This document shows positions 47,224 through 56,439 of a DNA stretch of 64,000 nucleotides, piece by piece. Within the stretch, counting starts at the first letter, position 1, and every line of letters starts with the position of its first letter. The translations under genes and the position numbers were made by a program. This DNA is from an uncultured Rhodopila sp. (GTDB taxonomy: Bacteria; Pseudomonadota; Alphaproteobacteria; Acetobacterales; Acetobacteraceae). The stretch covers positions 5,211 through 69,210 of the forward strand of contig CAIWTY010000068.1 of the NCBI GenBank assembly GCA_903915725.1, in the 5' to 3' direction. The notes beneath the pieces are model-generated. The model worked only from the letters and a program-made list of their open reading frames with translations. It did not search any database and had not been told where the DNA came from.

Positions 47224-48078
47224 ATGGCGCTTCATGATCTCGTCGTGCTGCTGGACGGGTCGCCGCGCGACGATGCCCGCCTGACCGTGGCACTGAGCCT
47301 GGCCCGGCGGGACGATGCGCACATTACCGGGCTTTGCCCGCTGGAGCTGCTGCTGCCGGCCGACATGTCCTTCGCGCTGGGCGGCTATCCGGATCTGTGG
47401 GCGATCCCCGAGTTCGCCTCGCAGATCGAGACCGAGGCGAAGGCAAAGGCCGGGATTATCGAGCTGAACTTCCGCGAGCGGCTGCGGCGTGAGGGCGCGC
47501 GCGGGGAGTGGGTGTTCGACAAGGGGCCGCTGGTGCCTGCGGTGGTGCACCGGGTGCAGGCGGCGGATCTGCTGGTGGTTGGACAGAACGATCCGGAGAA
47601 CCCGCCATCGGTGGTGGCGCGGGCGCTGATCGAGGACGTGCTGATGGTCGCCGGGCGGCCGTTGCTGCTGATCCCGTATGCCGGCACGTTTGAGACCGTC
47701 GGCAAGAACGTGCTGATCGGCTGGACCCGCACGCGGGAGTCGGTGCGAGCCGTGCACGACGCGCTGCCGCTGATCGCGCCGGGGGCGACGGTGACCGTGC
47801 TGACGGTCGAGACCAAGACGCCGGACAGCCGGTTGCTGCCGACGGCGGATATCGCCGAGCATCTGGCGCGGCACGGGCTGGCGGTCTCGGCGGCCCGGAC
47901 GGTGGTCACCGACGGCTTGTCGCCGGCGGATGCGCTGCTGGATTATGCCTCGGACACTGGCGCCGACATGCTGGTTGTCGGCGGATACGGGCATTCGCGG
48001 ACGCGAGAGATGATCCTGGGCGGCGTGACCCGGGACCTGCTGCGGTTCATGACGGTGCCGGTGCTGATGTCGCATTGA
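47224..48078 (+). CDS. Universal stress protein (tandem USP domains)
   Basis: ADLLVVGQ, GRPLLLIP, DMLVVGGYGHSRTREMILGGVTRDLL..MTVPVLMSH. Confidence 0.92.
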   Translation: MALHDLVVLLDGSPRDDARLTVALSLARRDDAHITGLCPLELLLPADMSFALGGYPDLWAIPEFASQIETEAKAKAGIIELNFRERLRREGARGEWVFDKGPLVPAVVHRVQAADLLVVGQNDPENPPSVVARALIEDVLMVAGRPLLLIPYAGTFETVGKNVLIGWTRTRESVRAVHDALPLIAPGATVTVLTVETKTPDSRLLPTADIAEHLARHGLAVSAARTVVTDGLSPADALLDYASDTGADMLVVGGYGHSRTREMILGGVTRDLLRFMTVPVLMSH

Positions 48079-48152
48079 GGTGACGGGGGGCGGCGTTGGG
48101 CCATCGGAGTGGTGGCCTGGCGCGGTCCGCAGCCGTGCGGGTTTTGCCCCGG

Positions 48153-48614
48153 CTATTCGTTCAGCACGCGTAGCGTGAAACCGGAATAAGGCAGCCCGCC
48201 CTCGAGAAACCCCGGGGCGTCGAAATGCGCCTGCGCGGTGGCGAATTGCCGCTTTTCGACGGCGATCCTCACGTCCGGATAGGTCTCGAGATACCATCCG
48301 GCGTCGACGTCGATTTTGTAGGGCTGCCTGTGCTCGTAGAAGCCGAATCGGACGTAGTGCTGCCTGGCCGTCGCCACCAGGCCCTGTTCAATCGCCTTTG
48401 CCACGTCCGGGTATTTCATCAAATACCATCGCTCGTCCGGATCGACGCGAGCCACGATCCGGCCGAAGCAGTCAAGAAAAAAGCCCTGCTCGACAGCAAC
48501 ATAGGATCCCGACGCCGAAGGAACAATCGCCTTGCGATCAAGTAACGCTGCGTAGGTCGGCATTCCCGCCGCAGCACCATCGGTTTCCACGAACCTGGCG
48601 AGACTGTCAAGCAT
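48153..48614 (-). CDS. Hypothetical protein with two WYLxxYPDV...H...G..E repeats
   Basis: DERWYLMKYPDVAKAI...RQHYVRFGFYEHRQP and DAGWYLETYPDVRIAV...QAHFDAPGFLEGGLP. Confidence 0.75.
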   Translation of the reverse strand: MLDSLARFVETDGAAAGMPTYAALLDRKAIVPSASGSYVAVEQGFFLDCFGRIVARVDPDERWYLMKYPDVAKAIEQGLVATARQHYVRFGFYEHRQPYKIDVDAGWYLETYPDVRIAVEKRQFATAQAHFDAPGFLEGGLPYSGFTLRVLNE

Positions 48615-48973
48615 GGCTTATTCTTTTCGGCAGAGAGTGTTCTGGTTTACCCAGTTGATTGCCGTAACGAGGTCCAGGTTGCGCATATTGGATGAACCCC
48701 CCTTTCCAACAATGAGGATATTGCATCGCAAAACGATTTCACGTCATCGTGAACCGCATGTGTGTATACACCCGTATTGTTACTTATCCGTTGACAGTAC
48801 AATCCGATGCCGAAACAGTAAGTCGATCGGGCAGGCCCGGCCGGGGCGGATCTGCGTACGATCAATCGCGTCCGATTTGACTTTACTGGAGAGTATCAAT
48901 TGCCCGCACGGCCGCCCGCCGCAGCGGACTCAGCCAGACGGCAGCCTTCGCGAGGCGCAATGCCGCGCCCGGC

Positions 48974-49690
48974 CTACAGCGCGGCGTCCGGCCCCTCGAT
49001 CACCGTTCCGGTATACGGCTCGATATAGACCAGATGATCGTGCACGGCCGTCACACCGGGCGTGTTCTCCACCACGACGCGGATCGCATGACGTTCCGGC
49101 TCGTTGGTGATGGTGCCCCAGATATCGACCACCCCTTTGGCGACCGTCACGTTCAGGGTCGTCATCGGCGCCCAGGATTGCTTTTCCAGCGTATCCAGGA
49201 TCGCCGCGCGGATCGCGGTGTCGTCACTGCTTACCGGCTCCGCCCCCCGCACGCGGCCGAGCAGTGCCCGCAGCAGGTCCGCCCGGCTGACAACCCCGAT
49301 GACGCGGTTGTCCCTGGTCACCGGCACCCGCTTGATGCGGGCCTTTTCCATCGTCGCCACCACCGTCTCCAGCGGCGCGTCGTCCGCGACGCTGATTACG
49401 TCCCGCGTCATCACGTCGCGCACATGCCGCCCGTGCGCCCGGGTAAAATCGGCGGCCTGCCGCGCCGGGGAAAGCAGCAGCTTCAACCACCACGGCCGCC
49501 CGCGCTCGGTGCCAAGTTCGTCGCGCCGCAGCAGGTCGCCCTCGGTAATCACGCCGGCAAGGTCGCCGCCGGCATCGACCACAAACAGGCCGGAGATGCG
49601 GTGCAACAGCATCAGATTAACGGCGTCCACGACGGTCGCCTCCGGCGCGATCGAGATCACGTTCCGGGTCATGACGTCGGCGACGATCAT
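48974..49690 (-). CDS. CBS-pair plus BON domain protein
   Basis: VADVMTRNV, ISGLFVVD, GVITEGDLLRR, VRDVMTRDV, IKRVPV; C-terminal BON (VDIWGTI...VENTPGV.AV.DHL). Confidence 0.88.
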   Translation of the reverse strand: MIVADVMTRNVISIAPEATVVDAVNLMLLHRISGLFVVDAGGDLAGVITEGDLLRRDELGTERGRPWWLKLLLSPARQAADFTRAHGRHVRDVMTRDVISVADDAPLETVVATMEKARIKRVPVTRDNRVIGVVSRADLLRALLGRVRGAEPVSSDDTAIRAAILDTLEKQSWAPMTTLNVTVAKGVVDIWGTITNEPERHAIRVVVENTPGVTAVHDHLVYIEPYTGTVIEGPDAAL

Positions 49691-49825
49691 CGCATCCCCC
49701 TATCGCGAACCGTCACATCGGTTCGCACGACAAGCCTACGCCCAATCGTTGCGGCGGTCAGCCCCGCCCTATCACTGCACCCCGCGCCTGACCTAGACTG
49801 CGCTACACATGGATGGGGACAAAGC

Positions 49826-50665
49826 ATGGGTCCGCTTGTGACGACGGAATGGCTGGCCGCGAACCTGGGGACGCCCGGCCTCGTGGTGTTCGACGCGACG
49901 AAATATCTTCCCAACGAGCCGAAGGACGGCCATGCCGAGTACCTCCGCAGCCACATCCCCGGTGCGCGGTTTTTCGACATCGACCTGGTCGCCGATACCG
50001 ACACCGACCTGCCGCACATGGTTCCCACGCCCGGCCGTTTCGCCAAGCTCATGAGCGAACTCGGCGTCAGCAACGACTCGCGCATCGTCTTCTATGACCA
50101 GAAGGGGCTTGCCTCCGCGGCGCGCGGCTGGTGGCTCATGAGCCTGTTCGGCCACGATGAGACCGCCGTGCTGGATGGCGGCCTACCGAAATGGATCGCC
50201 GAACACCGGCCCATCGGCGACGGCCAGGGCGCCGCGCCGCCGCCGGGGTCGTTCGTGCCCGATTTCCGGGCGAAGCAGTTGCGCGGTATCGGCGACATCC
50301 TACGCAACGTGCTGACCCGGCATGAGCTGGTGCTGGATGCCCGCGCCGCCGGCCGCTTCACCGGCTCAGTGCCGGAGCCGCGCGCCGGGATGCGCAGCGG
50401 CCACATCCCGGGGTCGGCCAGCGTGCCCTACACTGATCTGCTGAACGCCGACGGCACCTTCCGCCCGGCCGGCGAAGTTCGCGCCAGGCTGGAAGCCGCG
50501 GGCGTGGACGGCAAAAAGCCGGTTGTCACAAGCTGCGGCTCCGGCGTAACGGCGTGCATCCTGACCTTGGGACTGCGCGTCGCCGGTTTCCCGGAGGGCG
50601 CGGTGTATGACGGGTCATGGACGGAATGGGGCGGGCGCCCCGATACGCCGATAGAGGTGGGCTAA
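49826..50665 (+). CDS. sseA: 3-mercaptopyruvate sulfurtransferase (rhodanese)
   Basis: HIPGARFFDID, ARGWW, LDGGLPKW, RSGHIPGS, active-site CGSGVTA, YDGSWTEWG. Confidence 0.9.
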   Translation: MGPLVTTEWLAANLGTPGLVVFDATKYLPNEPKDGHAEYLRSHIPGARFFDIDLVADTDTDLPHMVPTPGRFAKLMSELGVSNDSRIVFYDQKGLASAARGWWLMSLFGHDETAVLDGGLPKWIAEHRPIGDGQGAAPPPGSFVPDFRAKQLRGIGDILRNVLTRHELVLDARAAGRFTGSVPEPRAGMRSGHIPGSASVPYTDLLNADGTFRPAGEVRARLEAAGVDGKKPVVTSCGSGVTACILTLGLRVAGFPEGAVYDGSWTEWGGRPDTPIEVG

Positions 50666-50667
50666 GC

Positions 50668-51867
50668 ATGACTGAGGATAACCGGAAGCGCGGCTTCCGC
50701 ACGACGCTGTCGCATATCGGGCGGATCACCAAGAACGAGCATGGCTTCGTCAACCCGCCGCTGCTGCGCGGCTCCACCGTGCTGGTCCCGACGGTCGCGG
50801 AACGCCTGAAGATGAGCGCGCGGCGCGGCGAGCAGGTGCTGACTTACGGCACCGGCGGGTCCTCCACGCACTGGGCGCTGGAGGATGCGATGGCGGCGAT
50901 CGAGGGCGGCACGCGCTGCTATATCGTCTCCACCGGCCTTGCCGCGATCACCACGCCGCTGCTGGCCTGGCTCGGATCGGGCGATCATTTGCTGATGCCC
51001 GACCATGTCTACGGACCGGCGCGAAGTTTCGCCTCCGGGCTGCTGCGGCAATACGGCGTGGAGACGACGTATTATCCGCCCGAGGTGGATGAAGCCGGCA
51101 TGGCGGCGCTGATGCGCCCGAACACAAAGGTTGTCTTTACCGAAAGCCCCGGCAGCCACACCTTCGAGGTCCAGGACGTGCCGGCGATCGCCCGCGCCGC
51201 GCATGCCGGCGGGGCCAAGGTGATGATGGACAACACCTGGGGCATCCATCACTTCCAACCGTTCACGCATGGGGTGGACATCTCGATCCAGGCCGCGACC
51301 AAATATCCGGCCGGACACTCCGACGTACTGATCGGCGCGATCACGGTGAACGACCCGGACGACTGGATGGTGCTGCACAACGCCGGCCGCGCGCTGGGGC
51401 AATATGCCAGCCCGGACGATTGCTGGCTGACTCTGCGGGGGATCCGGACCCTGGCGGTGCGGTTGCAAGCTCAAATGGAATCGGCGCTGCTGGTGGCGCA
51501 TTGGCTGCGGCAGCAGCCGGAGGTCGCCCAGGTGCTGCATCCGGCGTTGCCGGGCGCCCCGGGTCACGAGCTGTGGCGGCGCGATTTCACCGGGGCCTGC
51601 AGCCTGTTCGGGGTGGAGTTCAAACCGAATTTCACGCCCGCGGCGACGCACCGGTTCGTCGAGTCGCTGGCGCTGTTCGGTATCGGCGCCTCGTGGGGCG
51701 GGTATGAAAGCCTGGCGATCCCGACCACCGGGTTCATCACGCGCACGGCGGGAACCGGCAAGTTTGCCGGGCCGGTGGTGCGAATCCATATCGGGCTGGA
51801 GGATGTGGACGACCTGATCGCGGATTTGCGCCAGGGGCTGGGACAGATGCGAGCATTCGAGGGGTAA
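50668..51867 (+). CDS. metC: Cystathionine beta-lyase
   Basis: VNPPLLRGSTVL, ESPGSHTFE, MMDNTW, QAATKYPAGHSD, FGIGASWGGYESL, RIHIGLED. Confidence 0.9.
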   Translation: MTEDNRKRGFRTTLSHIGRITKNEHGFVNPPLLRGSTVLVPTVAERLKMSARRGEQVLTYGTGGSSTHWALEDAMAAIEGGTRCYIVSTGLAAITTPLLAWLGSGDHLLMPDHVYGPARSFASGLLRQYGVETTYYPPEVDEAGMAALMRPNTKVVFTESPGSHTFEVQDVPAIARAAHAGGAKVMMDNTWGIHHFQPFTHGVDISIQAATKYPAGHSDVLIGAITVNDPDDWMVLHNAGRALGQYASPDDCWLTLRGIRTLAVRLQAQMESALLVAHWLRQQPEVAQVLHPALPGAPGHELWRRDFTGACSLFGVEFKPNFTPAATHRFVESLALFGIGASWGGYESLAIPTTGFITRTAGTGKFAGPVVRIHIGLEDVDDLIADLRQGLGQMRAFEG

Positions 51868-51916
51868 TTCCAACCGCCGCAGAGAACGGCAGATGGACAT
51901 GTGCGGCTGAATCGTT

Positions 51917-52117
51917 ATGGCGGGCGGAGGCCCCATAGGCGTTAAATTAGTGCCGCGGCGGCTGCGTTTATCCACCGTCATGGTGCGCGAAGGCGCACCA
52001 TCCACGCCTTGCGGTGCGGGCTTTGGCAAAGGCGTGGATGCCGATCTTTTTCGGCATGACGGGGAAGCGGCGCCCGACGGGCGTTATTTTATCGACTATG
52101 GGGCGAGGGCCCGCGAT
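51917..52117. mobile_element. About 201-bp MITE-like element, copy B (inverted relative to copy A)
   Basis: Aligns by eye over its whole length with the reverse complement of 34466-34668; the ORF-track translations of both share the same peptide pattern. Confidence 0.7.
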
Positions 52118-52196
52118 CCACGTCTCTGTTTGCTTGGATTCCGACCTCCGCCGCCATGACGCGGCGGTGTCGCCGAGAAGTCGATCTCAACGCCCG

Positions 52197-52946
52197 TTAC
52201 CGTCCGCTCCAGGCCACCCGGATTGGCGCCGAGCGATACATCTCAAGCGTCCGCCCCGGTGCGATCGTTCCGGCCGCTCCGGCGGCTTGGGGAATGATCC
52301 GCCCGATCGATTGGCGCGCACCAACCGGCAGCGCCGGCGCCGCAAACATCGCGCTTCGGAACGAAGACCACGGCGGCGGCACCCCGGCCAGCCGCTGCTC
52401 CTCGGGCCAGGCGGCGTACACTTTGCGCTGATACTCCAACCCCAGTTCCGGCGTGGCCGAATGGTACAGTTCCACCGCCTTCGGCCAGGATCCCGTCTTT
52501 TCGTAAAGCTGCATCAGGAACCGCGCGCCATAGTCGGCATTCGACGACGGCTCGAAAGCCTGCGCCATACCGGCGAACGCATCAGGATGGTGCACCAGGC
52601 TGATCTGCATGCAACCGACATCGATCGAGTGCTCAACGCGCGGACGCATCGCCGTTGCGGCGGCAATCGCCTGCGCCTTGGTGTCATAGAAACTGCCCTG
52701 GCCGTCCATATTGATCGTCCAGGGCCACGGGTTGAACGTGCCGGTGACCTGATCCCGCCGCCCGCTCTCCACCCGTGCGACCGCGGCGAGCAAATTGGCC
52801 GGAATGCCGTGCGCACGTTCGGCTACAGCAATAGCCTGGCGGCACAGCCCATTCGCGGATGGGGATGCCGGCGGACCGGGGATATCCGCCCGGGCCTCGG
52901 ATTGAACCAGCAGGGCCAGGACGGCCGGAACGATGCGCCACTTCAT
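52197..52946 (-). CDS. Lytic transglycosylase (SLT domain)
   Basis: LLAAVARVESGR, SIDVGCMQISLVHHP, NADYGARFL, AVELYHS. Confidence 0.88.
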   Translation of the reverse strand: MKWRIVPAVLALLVQSEARADIPGPPASPSANGLCRQAIAVAERAHGIPANLLAAVARVESGRRDQVTGTFNPWPWTINMDGQGSFYDTKAQAIAAATAMRPRVEHSIDVGCMQISLVHHPDAFAGMAQAFEPSSNADYGARFLMQLYEKTGSWPKAVELYHSATPELGLEYQRKVYAAWPEEQRLAGVPPPWSSFRSAMFAAPALPVGARQSIGRIIPQAAGAAGTIAPGRTLEMYRSAPIRVAWSGR

Positions 52947-53007
52947 GCGCGCGGTTCTAACCGCCAAAGATGAACAAACCGTTTACGGCGGCCGCACGGA
53001 ATGCGGT

Positions 53008-53511
53008 TCAGTCGTCCTCGTCATCCCGGCCGGCACCGTCGATCACCGCGAGCAGGCGGCGGGCGCCCATGCGATCGTCTGGATCGAGTTCGGTCACTTT
53101 CGTCAGCGCCGCACGGCCTTCCTCGATACGCCCCAGGCGCGCCAGCACATATCCGTAGGCAACCAGCGAAAAAAGCATCATCCGCGGTTCCGAGTCCAGC
53201 GAGGTGAACGCGGCGTCCGCCGGACTCACATCCCGCCAATCCGCGGGGAGTTGGTTGCGGCGCAAGGTCTCGGCGAGGCAGGCCCGGGCGTATGGCAGCG
53301 CTTCGTTCAAACGATGCCGGTAGAAGTAGAATTTATAGGCCGCGATCTGGACGGCGAGATGCCCGGGGGCAAGCTCGAGCGCCTCGTAGATGTGCCCCTC
53401 GGCGGCAGCTTCATCCTGCCAGTCCAGGCCGACTGCGTGCAGCGCGCGCTCGGCGGCGGCGGGAAGATCCCCACCGTAGTAGCGCCGCTCTAACCAGGCA
53501 TCGTCTTGCAC
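53008..53511 (-). CDS. TPR-like hypothetical protein
   Basis: GGAGG RBS before GTG; AAYKFYFYRHRLNEAL...LFSLVAYGYVLARLG...KVTELDPDDRMGA helical repeats. Confidence 0.75.
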   Translation of the reverse strand: MQDDAWLERRYYGGDLPAAAERALHAVGLDWQDEAAAEGHIYEALELAPGHLAVQIAAYKFYFYRHRLNEALPYARACLAETLRRNQLPADWRDVSPADAAFTSLDSEPRMMLFSLVAYGYVLARLGRIEEGRAALTKVTELDPDDRMGARRLLAVIDGAGRDDEDD

Positions 53512-53580
53512 GCGGGCAGCCTCCGGATGGGAGACGCAGCCTAACCCGGGACTCGGTGAGACCAAAGCCCGGGCAGAACG

Positions 53581-54708
53581 TCAGCCCGAAGCGGTGCACA
53601 TCAGCGCCATTCTGACAAAGCACACCGCCAACCGCCGATCGTCCCCGCCGTCCGAAACCAGCATCGGGCTGGCGGCATCGGGATGGTCCAGGATGATGTC
53701 GATTGTCTCCTGCCCGGCGATCAGGCGCCCGGGCACCACGCATCCCACCGTGCCGCGCGGCAGCGGATCGAAACTATGCACCAGCGTCCCATCGATACGC
53801 ACGTCCAGCCGCTGATGCGGCACCCAGGGCAGGGCGAGATAGGGGATGACCTCCATCTCCAGCCAATATTCGCCGGCGTCGCCGGGGTTCCGAACGGTAA
53901 TCAGGCTCCGCTCGCCAACCGACCATTGATAGCCCGGTTCGGGACCGGACCATCCGTAGCCCAGCGACGGGGCGGCGTTGCCCTCGAAGCCGAACCTCAG
54001 CTCGGTCCTGCCTAGCTGGCGCCAGGCGGCGCGCGCGGCTTCCTCCCTGGCAGCGCCGGACAGGGCGGACAGCGCGAAGGCCCGCCGCAGCACCGTCAAC
54101 CAGGATTCGAGGTCCAGATCCGGCACATACTCTCGCGCCGCCAACCGCCGGACATAGCCGATCATCAGGCGATCATCGGCCACATCCACCGTTCCGGCCG
54201 GATGCCCGGGACAGGCCTCGCGGACCCAAAGCAGAACCCCCGGTCCATAGGCCGAAAGGGCGATGCGCAAGTCGACCAGATCGCCCGCCGATAGCCGCTC
54301 GTTCTGCCGGAACACCAGTATCTTGGAGGGGGTTTCCAGATCGCCGATGAGCTTTTTGGCGAGGAATCCGACCGTGCGGCATTGCTGCTGGTGAATGGCT
54401 TCCGGCGTCATGTCGCCGACTTTGACATGGGCGTGGTAGTAGAAATCGTACTTGGTCAGCTTCACCATGTATTCGCCGGACTCTTCATGAATCCGTATAT
54501 GCGCCGGATCGTCGATGCCCTCGAACCGCGCAGCCATGGCCAGCAACAGTGCTGGCAAGGGCGTTCCGGCGAAGCGCAGCAGGCCAAGCGGTTCGGCGCC
54601 CGCCAGGCGTTGAACCAGGCCCAACTCGCAATTGTCGCCGATGCTCTCGAACTGGAGCACCAGATCGCGGTCGCTCAGGGTGCTAATGGCGGTTGGATCA
54701 AGGTCCAT
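53581..54708 (-). CDS. Hypothetical two-domain protein (FESIGDNC motif plus C-terminal beta-sandwich)
   Basis: 375-aa ORF with typical codon usage; FESIGDNCELGLVQR..GAEPLGLLRF; C-terminal LGYGWSGPE.GYQWSVG. Confidence 0.75.
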   Translation of the reverse strand: MDLDPTAISTLSDRDLVLQFESIGDNCELGLVQRLAGAEPLGLLRFAGTPLPALLLAMAARFEGIDDPAHIRIHEESGEYMVKLTKYDFYYHAHVKVGDMTPEAIHQQQCRTVGFLAKKLIGDLETPSKILVFRQNERLSAGDLVDLRIALSAYGPGVLLWVREACPGHPAGTVDVADDRLMIGYVRRLAAREYVPDLDLESWLTVLRRAFALSALSGAAREEAARAAWRQLGRTELRFGFEGNAAPSLGYGWSGPEPGYQWSVGERSLITVRNPGDAGEYWLEMEVIPYLALPWVPHQRLDVRIDGTLVHSFDPLPRGTVGCVVPGRLIAGQETIDIILDHPDAASPMLVSDGGDDRRLAVCFVRMALMCTASG

Positions 54709-54785
54709 CTCGATAATTTCGCCTCCGAAGCGCGATCGGTATCACACCAACCGGCGATGACGTTGACTCTCAGCCGCAGGCGCCC

Positions 54786-54868
54786 CGTCATGCCGACGGT
54801 GGTCGGCATCCACGCCTTTTCTCTGTGCAAACAAAGACGTGGGTGGCGGGCCTGCGCCCACCATGACG
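54786..54868. repeat. REP-type double hairpin (GTCATG...ATCCACG...CGTGG...CATGAC)
   Basis: Same architecture as the MITE core and the 60281 element. Confidence 0.75.
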
Positions 54869-55017
54869 ATGCGGCGGCCTGCCGGCCGGTCAACGTCAAC
54901 GCCGGTTGATATAGGGTGGCGGAAAGTCGGTGCCCACCCGAAAGCGGCGTCGGGTGCTCGCATGAAATATTACGAAGGCAAGCAGGCAGGACGACCCGCC
55001 GGAATGGCAGACGGCTA

Positions 55018-56439
55018 CTACCGGAACAGCACTCCGGCCGCCGCCTGGGCCGCCGATACCACAGGTGCCGGGAACAGAAAGAAGAACGTCGTGAACAAGC
55101 CGGTCCCCGCCACCACGAAGGTCAACGGAAGCGGGCGCGGATCGAACCGCTCGGCCGGGGCGTCGAAATACATCACCTTGATGATGCGGATATAATAGAA
55201 CGCGCCCACCACGCTGGTCAGCACGCCGATAATCGCCAGCGTCCACAACCCGCCCTGCACGGCCGCCAGGAAGATATACAGCTTGGCGAAGAAGCCCGAC
55301 ATCAGCGGGATGCCGGCCAGGCTGAACATGAACACCGCCAGTGCCAGCGCCAGCGCTGGATCGTTGGACCCAAGACCGGCGAGGTCGGAGATCTGCTCCA
55401 CCGCCCTGCCCTTGCGCCGCATCGCCAGGATGCAGCCGAAGGTGCCGGCTGTCATGAACACGTAGATCACCATGTACAACAAGGTGCCGCGCACCCCCGC
55501 CGCGTTGCCCACGGACAGGCCAATCAGCGCGTAGCCCATGTGGCCGATGGAGGAATACGCCATCAGCCGCTTGATGTTGGTCTGCCCGATGGCGGCGAAC
55601 GCGCCCAGCACCATCGACGCGATGGAGACGATGATCACCAGCACCTGCCACGCCCCGACCAGGGAGGCGAAGGACGTCCCCATCACTCGCAGCAGCAGCG
55701 ACATCGCCGCGACTTTCGGGGCGGTGGCGAAGAATACCGTCACCGGCGTCGGCGCGCCTTCGTACACATCCGGCGTCCACATGTGGAACGGCACGGCGGA
55801 CACCTTGAACGCCAGGCCCACCAGCACGAACACGATTCCGACGACCAGCCCCGGCGAGGCGCTCAACGGCTGCACCAGCAGATCATGCAGCGCGGCCAGG
55901 TCCATGGTGCCGGAGAAGCCGTAGATCAGCGAAATGCCATAGAGCAGCAGTCCGGAGGCCAGGCCGCTCAAGACGAAATACTTCAGCGCCGCCTCGGAGG
56001 ATCGCAAATTGTCGCGGGCAAACCCCGCCAGCACGTACAGCGCCAGCGATTGCAGCTCCAGGCCCAGGTACAGCGTCATCAGGCTGCCCGCCGACGCCAT
56101 GATCATCATGCCGACGGTCGAGAACAGCATCAGCACCGGGAACTCGAACCGGGCGATGCCCTCCGACTTGTTCCAATCCAACGCCAGGATCGTCGCCAGG
56201 GCTGCGCCCGACAGGATCAGGATCTGGTTGAACGAACTGAACGCATCCTTCACGAACTGTCCGTGGAAGCCGTAGCCGTAGGTGCGGGTCAGCACCAGCA
56301 GCCCGGCGATCAGGAAGCCGCCGATGGTGAACATCGTGCAGGCCAGGGTGCTGTCCTGCTTGCGCAGCACACCGAAGACAAGGATCGCCAGTCCGATGAC
56401 GGACAGGACAATCTCGGGAAGCGCCAGTGTCCAGTTCAT
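55018..56439 (-). CDS. nuoN: NADH-quinone oxidoreductase subunit N
   Basis: LYLGLELQSLALYVL, EAALKYFVL, FKVSAVPFHMWTPDVYEGAPTPV, IKRLMAYSSIGH. Confidence 0.96.
   Translation of the reverse strand: MNWTLALPEIVLSVIGLAILVFGVLRKQDSTLACTMFTIGGFLIAGLLVLTRTYGYGFHGQFVKDAFSSFNQILILSGAALATILALDWNKSEGIARFEFPVLMLFSTVGMMIMASAGSLMTLYLGLELQSLALYVLAGFARDNLRSSEAALKYFVLSGLASGLLLYGISLIYGFSGTMDLAALHDLLVQPLSASPGLVVGIVFVLVGLAFKVSAVPFHMWTPDVYEGAPTPVTVFFATAPKVAAMSLLLRVMGTSFASLVGAWQVLVIIVSIASMVLGAFAAIGQTNIKRLMAYSSIGHMGYALIGLSVGNAAGVRGTLLYMVIYVFMTAGTFGCILAMRRKGRAVEQISDLAGLGSNDPALALALAVFMFSLAGIPLMSGFFAKLYIFLAAVQGGLWTLAIIGVLTSVVGAFYYIRIIKVMYFDAPAERFDPRPLPLTFVVAGTGLFTTFFFLFPAPVVSAAQAAAGVLFR

Noticed and set aside
48852-48900. 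Partial FNR-like boxes upstream of the repeat protein
   Set aside because: Only one half-site matches (CTGC-N6-TCAA), too weak to call.
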